Assembly (NCBI GenBank): GCA_963716695.1
Contig: CAVQTT010000024.1
Location: 311,562-351,561, forward strand
DNA: 40,000 nucleotides
Reading direction: 5' to 3'
Source of the DNA: an uncultured Chloroflexia bacterium
GTDB lineage: Bacteria > Chloroflexota > Anaerolineae > Anaerolineales > UBA11858
The position numbers were made by a program, and so were the translations under genes. Of the stretch, positions 1 to 8,414 are shown piece by piece; the first letter of the stretch is position 1, and the number at the start of each line of letters is the position of its first letter. The notes below the pieces were generated by a model, which was given only the letters and a program-made list of their open reading frames with translations, was not told the DNA's origin and searched no databases.

Positions 1-15
1 GAGCGGGGGTTAGGT
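1..15 (-). repeat. attC site, partial (only the R''-side end GAGCGGGG-GTTAGGT is inside the window)
   Basis: Plus strand 1-15 'gagcgggggttaggt' is identical to the right end of the other attC sites (e.g. 14600-14614). Confidence 0.8.
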
Positions 16-623
16 GCGGTTTGTTCGTTCTTTTCTTGGAGTTCGCTGATTGCTTTAAATCCAGGCCACATGAATACGATAAAGAAAACCCGAACGATTA
101 CACCAGAAGTCACGCCAGAAATCAAAGACAAGATTGTTTCTAATCCATATAAACCTATAGCAATACCCAATGCGATTTTAGATTTCCTTTGGACAATATA
201 GGCCAGTAAGAGATATATACTACCCACAACCACAGAGTATGTCCCCATGCCCAAATTAATCAAGAATTCGATTTGGAACAGTACCGCAATAATTCCCAGT
301 ACTAAATTGAAGCCACCAATAAAATATAAAAGGCCATAAGTTTGTTTTAGCTTTGTTCCGGGATCTGAACCTGAACCTGGCACAGGTTCTCCATCTCGTA
401 ATATTTGTAACGTTGTAGATGACCAAGTTCGCACAAGTTTTATCTCAAGGTTAGATCCATCGGGTAAATTAAAAGTCTTGCCTTGGAACAACTCTTTTTG
501 GCCAAGTATTGTTCCAATTTTTGATCCATCCAGTTCAACAGTGAAGTCCTTCCAAAATGATTTCCATGAAATGGTTAATCGCTCTTCCCCACCTTGAATA
601 AATGGATATGTTTTTTTTGGCAT
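1..623 (-). CDS. Cassette 15: membrane protein of unknown function, 3' partial (runs through the attC R'' box and off the window)
   Basis: Hand translation from ATG at 623-621 gives MPKKTYPFIQGGEERLTISWKSFWKDFTVELDGSKIG..., a soluble N-terminal ~95 aa followed by about 4 hydrophobic helices. The frame stays open to base 1. It is not in the ORF track because no stop lies inside the window. Confidence 0.65.
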   Translation of the reverse strand, partial: MPKKTYPFIQGGEERLTISWKSFWKDFTVELDGSKIGTILGQKELFQGKTFNLPDGSNLEIKLVRTWSSTTLQILRDGEPVPGSGSDPGTKLKQTYGLLYFIGGFNLVLGIIAVLFQIEFLINLGMGTYSVVVGSIYLLLAYIVQRKSKIALGIAIGLYGLETILSLISGVTSGVIVRVFFIVFMWPGFKAISELQEKNEQTAPNPR

Positions 624-675
624 TGTTATCTCCAAATACTTAGTAATTGTTAATCTATGTTGATCTTTTATCTGC

Positions 676-817
676 GCCTACCGGATGAGCTTCGCAATGC
701 ATCTACCCTGCGGGTAAAGGGCACCTGCAGCCAGATGTTCTTCCCGGTCCTCCGTCTCCCGTCTCCGGTCGTTCGCGCAGCGAACCAAACCGGCTATCGG
801 GTGGAGCGGGGTTAGCC
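676..817 (-). repeat. attC site (142 bp) closing cassette 14; slightly degenerate boxes (GCCTACC / GTTAGCC)
   Basis: gcctaccggatgagcttcgc ... ctatcgggtggagcggggttagcc. The central part shares ccggtcgttcgcgNagcgaac with the attC at 4490-4603. Confidence 0.75.
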
Positions 818-827
818 TGGGACTTTA

Positions 828-1199
828 TCAAACCTTTATATAGTTGACATTTTCCAGGCCATCAAAATCTGAGTCTTGAGTCCAAAGTATTGCATCATAT
901 TCCCGGGCGGTGGCTAGCATAATGCTGTCTGCTATAGGAATTTTTAGGTCAGCAGATATCCGTGCTGCGTGTAAGGCAATCGGGCTCGATAAATCAATGA
1001 GTTTCCCTGATTGCATAAATGCTATCGCATTTAATGCCTCGGTTTCATCAAGCTGTTGAAGGATCCGTTTGAAAACCTCATATAAACTTATTGTGGGTAC
1101 AATCAGGGAATCCGTATCCTCTATTGGCTCTGAGAAGAAGGTGGCGTTAGTTCCATTGGCAAAGTATTCCAGCCATCCGGATGAATCAACTATGTTCAT
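828..1199 (-). CDS. vapC: Cassette 14: PIN-domain toxin VapC
   Basis: 123 aa. The start MNIVDSSGWLEYF and the pattern of acidic residues (D5, E41-region, D-S-I, D-S-D) fit a PIN fold. It overlaps the upstream antitoxin ORF by 4 nt. Confidence 0.85.
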   Translation of the reverse strand: MNIVDSSGWLEYFANGTNATFFSEPIEDTDSLIVPTISLYEVFKRILQQLDETEALNAIAFMQSGKLIDLSSPIALHAARISADLKIPIADSIMLATAREYDAILWTQDSDFDGLENVNYIKV

Positions 1200-1402
1200 A
1201 ACCGATCCGATTCTCGTTCAATTTTGGTGTCAATTCCCTTCAAGAATCCCCTGCTTTCTTGAATTTTCCGGACTGGAATCAATTCGATTCTTCCCATATA
1301 GGGAATGACCTGGACCTTCTGCCCAGGCTTGATTCCAGCCTTGTCCCTAACTTTCTTTGGAATGACAACTTGATATTTTGATGATATAGTCGCTTGTTCC
1401 AT
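1196..1402 (-). CDS. vapB: Cassette 14: AbrB/SpoVT-family antitoxin (VapB-like)
   Basis: 68 aa. SSKYQVVIPKKVRDKAGIKPGQKV is a swapped-hairpin AbrB/SpoVT motif. The gene is translationally coupled to vapC. Confidence 0.8.
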   Translation of the reverse strand: MEQATISSKYQVVIPKKVRDKAGIKPGQKVQVIPYMGRIELIPVRKIQESRGFLKGIDTKIERESDRL

Positions 1403-1479
1403 ACGAAACTCCTATCGATATAAAAAACGTATTACTTGTGATTATACCAATAAGATTGGATTTGAGAATGTAGGAATCA

Positions 1480-1544
1480 GGCTAACAGATTGAGCTCACT
1501 TGCCCTGAGCGGAGACGAAGGGTCGGGTGGAGCGCGGGATAGGA
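1480..1544 (-). repeat. attC site (65 bp, shortest in array) closing cassette 13; degenerate R'' (GATAGGA)
   Basis: ggctaacagattgagctcacttgccc ... gggtcgggtggagcgcgggatagga. Confidence 0.65.
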
Positions 1545-1548
1545 CCGT

Positions 1549-2076
1549 CTAATCACGAATATTCGATCTATTGTTAATTGAATACTTCCAGTATTGAATT
1601 CCATTCATATTGATTTCATCAGAAAATTGCATTCCAATTTTCTCAGAAACACGCTTAGACGCCTCGTTTCCAACCCGGATAAGCGAGATTAAGGATGGGA
1701 GTTTGAGGTTATTAAATGCGTAATCACGAACGGCCAATGCGGCCTCAGTCGCATATCCTTGATTCCAGTAATCACTTCGAAAATCATAGCCAAGTTCGGT
1801 TGCCAACTCTCCACCCACTTCCATATGTTCAAGACCACAATCCCCGATTAGGAGATCATTTAATTTGTGTATGACTGCGAAAAGCCCATACCCATAAGTA
1901 CCTTGATGTGCAAGATTCCCGCGGATCCACTGCTCCATTTGTTCGCTACTGAAGGGTGAAGAATTGAAGGAAGCCATAACAATCGGGTCCCCGAATATTT
2001 CCAAGAGACCATCCACATCTGATGAGTCCATCAGGCGAAGGTGCAACCTGGGTGTTTCAAGGTGTAATTTGTCCAT
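1549..2076 (-). CDS. Cassette 13: GNAT family N-acetyltransferase (RimJ/RimL-like, Acetyltransf_3 type)
   Basis: 175 aa. LETPRLHLRLMDSSDVDGL is a typical N-terminus, and YWNQGYATEAALAVRDYAF ... NEASKRVSEKIGM is an acetyl-CoA-binding core pattern. Confidence 0.85.
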   Translation of the reverse strand: MDKLHLETPRLHLRLMDSSDVDGLLEIFGDPIVMASFNSSPFSSEQMEQWIRGNLAHQGTYGYGLFAVIHKLNDLLIGDCGLEHMEVGGELATELGYDFRSDYWNQGYATEAALAVRDYAFNNLKLPSLISLIRVGNEASKRVSEKIGMQFSDEINMNGIQYWKYSINNRSNIRD

Positions 2077-2113
2077 AAGTTTTATGTTTTCTCCGGAATT
2101 GGATTATTTTACG

Positions 2114-2239
2114 TCCTAACGGATGAGCTCGCCCGCCCGGTGAAAACGACCCTTAACCTGGCTAGCAAGGCATTTTGGCCGGACCTCATGCAGGCGGGAG
2201 GGCAGCGACAGCCGGGTCAGGGTTAACGTGGGGTTGGGT
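2114..2239 (-). repeat. attC site (126 bp) closing cassette 12
   Basis: tcctaacggatgagctcgcccgcccgg ... gccgggtcagggttaacgtggggttgggt. Confidence 0.75.
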
Positions 2240-2251
2240 GGCATTTTAATC

Positions 2252-3313
2252 TTACGGCAATGAAAATGGCCTCTCTGGCGAATAGATGCTATCAAAGAAA
2301 CCCATGTATGGGATATCCTCTTCAATGCACTTGATTTTGTAATTTAACCCGGCTTGAATTTCTTCACTTGGATCATCAAGATACTGCGCATAATGCAAGA
2401 ATTCTTCGATTTGGATTATTTTGATAAAAAGGGGTAATTTTGCTAACCATTCATCAGGCAACAAATTCTCGCGATTATATCCTGCCATTACTTGATCCAT
2501 GTAACGATCCATAAAGGATTTTCGGTCTTCCAGACTACGAAACATAACTCTGCCTATCCCGCCTTCCCAAGCAGATGCCAACTCATACACAAACCAGAAA
2601 TAACATGAGTTATCAAAATCAAAAACAGTTATTTCCCCATTAGTGTAGTCAACTGTGAAATTACCATCGTTGAAATCTCCATGAATTAGCCCAAATGAAT
2701 CTTTATCCTTTGGGAGAGACCTGAGTTCTTCTAGCGTGGATTGAATTCGTTGACCAACAACTTGCAACTGCTTCGGTAATCGGCCCAAAATAGCGAATCT
2801 ATTCTTGTGCAATTCAAACCACTCTGGTCGCCGAACTTGGTCGTTGGAGGGGCGATAGCTTTTGGTAACATAGTGCATTTGACCCAATATTTGCCCCCAG
2901 TTCTGAAAATATTCTTCAATTGGCGCATCTGTTCGGTAACGATACCCGTTATCCGGTACTCGCATTCCTTTTCCTTTGACAAAAGATGTAATACGAAATT
3001 CTATTCCTTTCACTTGAATTATTTCAACCTGATTCCCATTTCGAGAGGTTACTGGTTTGGATACTCGAACATCATGATCCGCCAAGTATTCCACAAAATC
3101 TAATTCGGCTCGAATTTGATCTGCGGTTCTATCGGGAGTAAATGACAATCTTAGAATGAAAGGCTTTCCGCTAATTCCATATTCGTAGACAAGGTTTGCA
3201 GCACCTTCATATTCTGCAAATACTTTCAAATTCTCCTGCCGAGTTTTAAAAAGCTTGGCCGATTTTTCAAGGACTTCACTTTTACAGATTTCAATTACTT
3301 TTTCTCTTTTCAT
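2252..3313 (-). CDS. Cassette 12: phosphotransferase-family kinase (APH / homoserine-kinase-II-like fold)
   Basis: 353 aa. The Brenner-type catalytic loop LIHGDFNDGNF and the Mg-binding VFDFDNS are diagnostic of the aminoglycoside-phosphotransferase/choline-kinase superfamily. Confidence 0.8.
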   Translation of the reverse strand: MKREKVIEICKSEVLEKSAKLFKTRQENLKVFAEYEGAANLVYEYGISGKPFILRLSFTPDRTADQIRAELDFVEYLADHDVRVSKPVTSRNGNQVEIIQVKGIEFRITSFVKGKGMRVPDNGYRYRTDAPIEEYFQNWGQILGQMHYVTKSYRPSNDQVRRPEWFELHKNRFAILGRLPKQLQVVGQRIQSTLEELRSLPKDKDSFGLIHGDFNDGNFTVDYTNGEITVFDFDNSCYFWFVYELASAWEGGIGRVMFRSLEDRKSFMDRYMDQVMAGYNRENLLPDEWLAKLPLFIKIIQIEEFLHYAQYLDDPSEEIQAGLNYKIKCIEEDIPYMGFFDSIYSPERPFSLP

Positions 3314-3351
3314 ACCTTTCCTTTGTATTATCCCTATAACTACTCTATGCC

Positions 3352-3517
3352 ACCCAACTTAGTAGCTCACCCGCCCGGTTTGCTAAAGAGCAAGTTGTAA
3401 AAAGTAAGCTGATTTGATTATTGCCTGCTGCTGTTATTCGTCGGGAAGTTAGGATACTTACTAATTACTAAACTTCTATTACTGTGCCGAAGGCACCGGG
3501 TCGGGTGGGGGTTAGGT
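3352..3517 (-). repeat. attC site (166 bp, longest in array) closing cassette 11
   Basis: acccaacttagtagctcacccgcccgg ... caccgggtcgggtgggggttaggt. The stop codon of ORF 3512-4051 lies in the R'' box. Confidence 0.75.
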
Positions 3518-4051
3518 ATTTTTAATAAGATTGTGTTTAATGTTATCGAATTCATCCAACTTGCCTTCCAGTTTTGACCATTCTTGAAGTTCAACAAGAT
3601 TTACCTTGTGTTTGGAGGCAACTAGAATAGCTTGTTTGAGACATTGGCGGTCACCCCAATGATAAAAGTGAGCAAGCCGATCTTTTACGCAATCTGTTGG
3701 AGAGATTATTCGTAATGTGCCCGTATCAAATTCCATCTCATTAATTTCTTTTACTTTTCCCCCGCCAAATTGAAGTGGTCCGGGTGGAAATTCGATAGTA
3801 TGATCCGTGGCAGGGTGTTGAAAATGACGACCAATCGGGGAAAAGCCTAACTCTTTCATTGCTTTTTCGATTTTATCTCGAATAGCAAAATGGGCATTTA
3901 CGAAATCAATATCACCTGATACATATTCTCCATTGGTATAAATCCCAACAGCTGCACCACCTGAAAGAACAACAAACAAACCTGAATCTTTGAGATGTTG
4001 ATCCACATATGCAGCTAGCTGAGCTTGACTCATTTTATCGATTGATTTCAT
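3512..4051 (-). CDS. Cassette 11: nucleotidyltransferase-fold protein of unknown function
   Basis: 179 aa. VVLSGGAAVGIYTNGEYVSGDIDFV resembles the G[GS]...DxD signature of pol-beta-type NTases. It overlaps the upstream wHTH ORF by 4 nt (ATGA). Confidence 0.6.
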   Translation of the reverse strand: MKSIDKMSQAQLAAYVDQHLKDSGLFVVLSGGAAVGIYTNGEYVSGDIDFVNAHFAIRDKIEKAMKELGFSPIGRHFQHPATDHTIEFPPGPLQFGGGKVKEINEMEFDTGTLRIISPTDCVKDRLAHFYHWGDRQCLKQAILVASKHKVNLVELQEWSKLEGKLDEFDNIKHNLIKNT

Positions 4052-4380
4052 TCGGGTTTGCCGTGACGACGTGGACGCCGTCTGTTCATAAGTAGTCTCT
4101 CTTGCAGATCTTCTGGGTAAAAGGAGATTGCCTTATTCAACAATGATTTTAATTCTTTCAATAAGGCATACCTGGGATTAAATCGATATAAAATTGTTCT
4201 ACCAACTTTTTTACTTACTATTACACCGCCCACCTCAAGTTTTTCTAATTGATCTTGAATTGGGAAGAGATCTGTTTCAAAAAACCGAGCAATTTCACGC
4301 GCATATCCCTCGTCTCGAGCCTGAAGAAAGATAAGTACTCGTTCACGATTAGACGATCCAACAATTGGTTCGAGCAACAT
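4048..4380 (-). CDS. Cassette 11: small winged-helix DNA-binding protein
   Basis: 110 aa. SNRERVLIFLQARDEGYAREIARFFETDLFPIQDQLEKLEVGGVIVSKKVGRTILYRFN shows an ArsR/MarR-like wHTH pattern, followed by the basic tail NRRRPRRHGKPE. Confidence 0.6.
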   Translation of the reverse strand: MLLEPIVGSSNRERVLIFLQARDEGYAREIARFFETDLFPIQDQLEKLEVGGVIVSKKVGRTILYRFNPRYALLKELKSLLNKAISFYPEDLQERLLMNRRRPRRHGKPE

Positions 4381-4489
4381 TAAAACAACGTCCTTTCCGA
4401 CCTATAAAATAAGTCATATGACCTATTATATGGTCCGTATGACTTATTTTATACATCAAAGAACTTATGTTGTCAATACTATGAATAAT

Positions 4490-4603
4490 ACCTAACGGAT
4501 GAGCTCACCCACAGTCGGCTTTTTTATACCGGTCTTCCGTCCCCGGTCTCTTTTTCCCGGTCGTTCGCGAAGCGAACAATACCAGCTGTCGGGTGGCTTA
4601 ATT
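4490..4603 (-). repeat. attC site (114 bp) closing cassette 10; degenerate R'' (CTTAATT)
   Basis: acctaacggatgagctcacccacagtcgg ... accagctgtcgggtggcttaatt. Confidence 0.65.
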
Positions 4604-4646
4604 GCTTATGCGCTTTGGAGTGTGCGCGAACTTGTCTACAGAATTA

Positions 4647-5126
4647 TTAATGATGATCCATTGAAAATCGTTGTCTTGCTATCAGCATTTCCCCTGCCAA
4701 CATGGCGACGGACACTACGCCATAGAGCCCGGCGCCCCATAAAATCAGTGCCCCCCGGTGCGCGTACCAGATTCCGAAGAACCAAAGGAGCGAGTAAATA
4801 GCAGCAAATCCCCATGCTGTCAGGTGACAGAACAACAGCCACCGACGATTTCCAATCAGGAGGAGAAGCAGTGTGCTGAGAATTGGTAGCACTGGCGGAA
4901 GACCGAGTAACCATAACGAACTTTGGCCTGAAGCGACATCTTCCACAAATGCCCTGAAAGTAATCAGGCATGCGCAGTAACCATTGCCCAACCAGACAAG
5001 AGGAGGAGAGCAGGTCTCATCTGTAGCTGGGTGGCTGTCGGCAAACCAGGGCCCCATCGATGATACCAGCAGTAACACTAGAGATACCACTCGGCCCACA
5101 TTCATTAGTTTGCTGATATGTAACAT
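4647..5126 (-). CDS. Cassette 10, distal gene: integral membrane protein of unknown function
   Basis: 159 aa with about 4-5 hydrophobic helices and an ATG start. It is the longest coherent frame among three overlapping ORFs here. Confidence 0.55.
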   Translation of the reverse strand: MLHISKLMNVGRVVSLVLLLVSSMGPWFADSHPATDETCSPPLVWLGNGYCACLITFRAFVEDVASGQSSLWLLGLPPVLPILSTLLLLLIGNRRWLLFCHLTAWGFAAIYSLLWFFGIWYAHRGALILWGAGLYGVVSVAMLAGEMLIARQRFSMDHH

Positions 5127-5183
5127 AATCCCTCTTATCTCCCGGGACTATCATTCACGCAATGACGCCTTGTCATTTCGTGG

Positions 5184-5816
5184 CTAGTTTACTTTTCCCA
5201 GCATTCCGAAAGCCAACCAAATCAACCCTGCGCTCATCAGCGTGACACCCAGCGATCGTGGATAGACCTGATACTTTCCAAACATCGACCCTAAACCAAA
5301 TGTCGGTGCTCCGATAGCGATCAAATATCCAGCCACTTGCGGAAGCACGCTCGCTTGTACGATTCCGATCCCAACCAGAATGTACCCGATGCTATATATC
5401 AGTCCAGAAACAATGAAAAATGGAAGAAAAGCCTTGCTTGAATAAATAGGTCCTTGAAAATCAAGTAATGAGCTTTCATGTTCCACCAGGATTGGCCATA
5501 ATACGGTCTCCCATGTCATCGTTCCGATAAGTAAAGTCGTTCCGGTAACTGCGATATAAAAGCCAATGGATGCATACAGGTTAGAATTCGCCATCTGATA
5601 AACATAGATTCCTGCTTGCCCCAAGAGCCCACTCAAAGCGCCAAGGATTCCCAGGGTGTTTATCCATGTCCAATTGCGGTTTTTGACCAGGATCGAAAGT
5701 GTTGTTGATAACTCCCTGTATGGGAGGAAGATGGCGAACGAATACCAATAGATTAGCAGCACAACTCCCGCAACCATGTTTAGGTATCCGCTGATATTGA
5801 TAAAATCAATTCCCAT
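5184..5816 (-). CDS. Cassette 10, proximal gene: polytopic membrane protein of unknown function
   Basis: 210 aa with about 6 predicted TM helices. I recognise no motif. Confidence 0.65.
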   Translation of the reverse strand: MGIDFINISGYLNMVAGVVLLIYWYSFAIFLPYRELSTTLSILVKNRNWTWINTLGILGALSGLLGQAGIYVYQMANSNLYASIGFYIAVTGTTLLIGTMTWETVLWPILVEHESSLLDFQGPIYSSKAFLPFFIVSGLIYSIGYILVGIGIVQASVLPQVAGYLIAIGAPTFGLGSMFGKYQVYPRSLGVTLMSAGLIWLAFGMLGKVN

Positions 5817-5861
5817 ACTGATTTATGACCTCCAAACCGCATTTTAAGGATAATAATGGCG

Positions 5862-5960
5862 TCCTAACGTAAAAGCTCACCCGCAGCCGGATCCTTTTTT
5901 CGATCTTCCGTCCTCCGTCCCCGGTCCGCCGTAGACGCTCAGGTGGAGCTTGGGTTAGGC
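5862..5960 (-). repeat. attC site (99 bp) closing cassette 9
   Basis: tcctaacgtaaaagctcacccgcagccgg ... gctcaggtggagcttgggttaggc. Its central ~62 nt are nearly identical to the attC at 10155-10270. Confidence 0.85.
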
Positions 5961-5995
5961 ACCACAATCCGAAACCTATATTCCCAGTACCCCAT

Positions 5996-7096
5996 CTATT
6001 TAATCTTCATTCCAATTAACCAACGAGTAATCTTCCAACGTCGCACCAGTTCGTATGCCAATAACGTCGAGCCAGTTGCGATTAGAACGATCAAGGGATA
6101 TTTGACAATCACCGGCGCATCAATTCTGATCACGAAGAATCCGACCAATACTGTGAAGGTCATGTGCAGTAAATAAAACGGCATTGCCGCTTCGTTGGCA
6201 TATAGCAACAGGCTGTTGCCGCGGTTTAGAAACCGATGCCCAAGCCCAAGCGCAGCCAGCGTTAATGTCCAGCGTCCCATTTCATAGAGCAAACCATGAG
6301 CAATCCAGGTAGGCTTCCATTCCGGGAAATCGTAAATTATTGTTATCTGGATCACTGCAGCGAATATACCAATTGCCAGGACGCCCCAAGTCATTTTATC
6401 TATGGCTTGCTGAAATCGCGCATCGCTGGGAATGAGAAATCCATAGCTGAAAACAAGAAAGTAATAGATCGGATTCTTGTCTCCGAGAATATTCATCGCC
6501 GCGGCAAGTATCAGCGGAACACCAAACAGGAGCAGAGTTAAAGGAGGAGGTATCGCCTTTCCTAGATTATTAATCGCATTTTTGCCCCTCTCGGAACGCA
6601 TTGCTAGAAAGATGGGTAAACCGATCAAAGAAAAGGCAAATAGATAGAGGATGAACCACAGATGTGCTGGAGTAAATGTCCCATTCATTCCGTCTAAGTG
6701 TGCAAAGTCCAGCTGAAAGAATCCCAGATATGCTTCTGGCAGTGAGGTGGTCTTGCTGTGTTGGATGTAGGTTGTCAGTGGAATATAAGTCAGAATGCCA
6801 AAGATGAGCGGAACAAACAAGCGCAGGAAACGTTCACGAATATATTGCCTTACCGAGCGGAAGCCAAGCGCGAAATAGGTGGCACTTCCTGAAACGAAAA
6901 ACAACATAGGCATGTGCCACATATGAATGAACCCCGCCATCCTGGTTAGTGCGCGGCTGTTGATTGTATCCTTGACATACATGATGGAATTTGGATCTAG
7001 AATAAAGATCTGTGCCGCGTGGAAGGGAACTAGCACGAGTACACCCAGTACGCGCAACCAATCAATATCATGGCGTCGTTGGGAAACTTTTTTCAT
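5996..7096 (-). CDS. Cassette 9: acyltransferase family 3 (OafA/OpgC-like) membrane protein
   Basis: 366 aa. The N-terminal RRHDIDWLRVLGVLVLVPFHAA motif and about 10 TM helices are typical of Acyl_transf_3. Confidence 0.85.
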   Translation of the reverse strand: MKKVSQRRHDIDWLRVLGVLVLVPFHAAQIFILDPNSIMYVKDTINSRALTRMAGFIHMWHMPMLFFVSGSATYFALGFRSVRQYIRERFLRLFVPLIFGILTYIPLTTYIQHSKTTSLPEAYLGFFQLDFAHLDGMNGTFTPAHLWFILYLFAFSLIGLPIFLAMRSERGKNAINNLGKAIPPPLTLLLFGVPLILAAAMNILGDKNPIYYFLVFSYGFLIPSDARFQQAIDKMTWGVLAIGIFAAVIQITIIYDFPEWKPTWIAHGLLYEMGRWTLTLAALGLGHRFLNRGNSLLLYANEAAMPFYLLHMTFTVLVGFFVIRIDAPVIVKYPLIVLIATGSTLLAYELVRRWKITRWLIGMKIK

Positions 7097-7130
7097 AGTT
7101 ATCCATATCCATAGTTATATAGAAGTAGGT

Positions 7131-7217
7131 GCCTAACGGAAGAGCTCAGCTATTTATTCAGTTCTAGTTTCCTTGACCTCCGTGCGTCCCAGGCGTCCGC
7201 TGGAGCGGGGGTTAGGC
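7131..7217 (-). repeat. attC site (87 bp) closing cassette 8
   Basis: gcctaacggaagagctcagc ... cgtccgctggagcgggggttaggc, with canonical boxes at both ends. Confidence 0.85.
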
Positions 7218-7233
7218 CGACACACAAGCCAGA

Positions 7234-8166
7234 TCAAGTAGAGTAATCAGCCCTATTCCGGGCCTCAATATCCGTGAAATCCCCCCAGGGTTTAACTTCC
7301 GGCATTTGCAAACGTTTGGTTACGAGTCCAAGGATCGGAATCATCAACAGATGGAGGATTAAGAACATTAGAACAAAGGGCATGAATTCAAGGCCAGATT
7401 GAAGACCTTCTCTAGTCTCAATAAACAGGACATTAAAAATGCTGTTATTGATGAAGTGGGCTACAAAGGCTCCCCAGAGATTGTTGGTCTTGTAGTAGAA
7501 GTAGCCATATACAACACCGGAGATAATTGTCGATAGCAGAAGGCCAAACGCTTCAAATGCCACATCCCCAACAGCCTGACCATCCAGTAAATGCCTTAAT
7601 GGCCAGCTAAGATGCCAGAGAGAGAATAGAAACGCTTGAAGGAAAATCGCTCCCCACCTGGAATATCGGACCAAGAAATGGCGCAGCATGACCCCTCTGA
7701 ATAGACCTTCCTCCATTCCCGAATTAAAGAGATTGGAAAAAACAAGCCAAAGCCCAAATAGCAAACCGCCGGATAAGCCTGTTTTGGGATCTATTGCAGA
7801 AAAAACCAGGGCGGCTTTTTCCCCGGAGAATTTCAGAATAGCCAACTGGCTTGTATAGGCGATCACATAGATCAAGCCAAATCCCCCAATGGCAATTAAT
7901 AAGGTGATGCCTATCTTCCTGGAATGAAAACCAATATCACCAATTTTTCTTTTCACCAGCCAGAGATAGAGGAGAATTAATAGAAAACCCAGCGCTTTGG
8001 TGAGGATGGCTTCGCCGATCAACTCATCCAGCCTGAAAACAAAAGTGTCAACTATTTTGATGATCCAGGCCATGATGTAGAGGCTGAGCATGATCAGCAA
8101 GGGCTGCTCGGTCGATTTTTTTAAGAGTGTATTTTGTTTACTGAAGTCGTTCTGGAAGTCAGACAT
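7234..8166 (-). CDS. Cassette 8: CPBP (CAAX protease / bacteriocin-processing, Abi) family intramembrane glutamic endopeptidase
   Basis: Motifs EEGLFRGVMLRHF, FSLWHLSWP and VAHFINNS. The start is moved to ATG 8166 (MSDFQ...), which follows a strong AGGAGGG Shine-Dalgarno. The track start 8208 falls in the attC. Confidence 0.85.
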   Translation of the reverse strand: MSDFQNDFSKQNTLLKKSTEQPLLIMLSLYIMAWIIKIVDTFVFRLDELIGEAILTKALGFLLILLYLWLVKRKIGDIGFHSRKIGITLLIAIGGFGLIYVIAYTSQLAILKFSGEKAALVFSAIDPKTGLSGGLLFGLWLVFSNLFNSGMEEGLFRGVMLRHFLVRYSRWGAIFLQAFLFSLWHLSWPLRHLLDGQAVGDVAFEAFGLLLSTIISGVVYGYFYYKTNNLWGAFVAHFINNSIFNVLFIETREGLQSGLEFMPFVLMFLILHLLMIPILGLVTKRLQMPEVKPWGDFTDIEARNRADYST

Positions 8167-8207
8167 ATCAGGCCCTCCTATAATATATTTCCAGATTATT
8201 ATATTCA

Positions 8208-8331
8208 ACCTAACGGGGGCTTCAGGCGCTGGGGGTGCTAGTCAACCACCCAGCTTCCGAAAGCTCCAACCTTTGCCCTATTCCCATTTTTCGCCCCGCG
8301 GACCCCCAGTCGCCTGCAAGCGGGGTTATGC
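8208..8331 (-). repeat. attC site (124 bp) closing cassette 7; R'' GTTATGC
   Basis: acctaacgggggcttcaggcgctggggg ... cccccagtcgcctgcaagcggggttatgc. Confidence 0.7.
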
Positions 8332-8414
8332 GACAACATTATCAACATTCATCAGTTGAATGGGAGAAATTGAAATATGTATCTGCCATCAGATTATTGG
8401 TTGCTAGCATTCAT

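Noticed and set aside
2116-2325. ORF 2116-2325 (-) and similar ORFs that span attC sites (4499-4801 +, 4636-4971 -, 8090-8426 +, 10063-10278 +, 11856-12164 +, 14524-14842 +).
   Set aside because: They run through attC repeats or overlap better-supported cassette genes in other frames. Their translations are low-complexity or Arg/Pro-rich.
5156-5182. The hairpin between the two membrane-protein genes might be a cryptic minimal attC.
   Set aside because: It has no RYYYAAC/GTTRRRY boxes and none of the conserved GGATGAGCTCACC / GGTGGAGCG inner repeats, and at 27 bp it is too short. It is kept only as a hairpin note inside finding 3.
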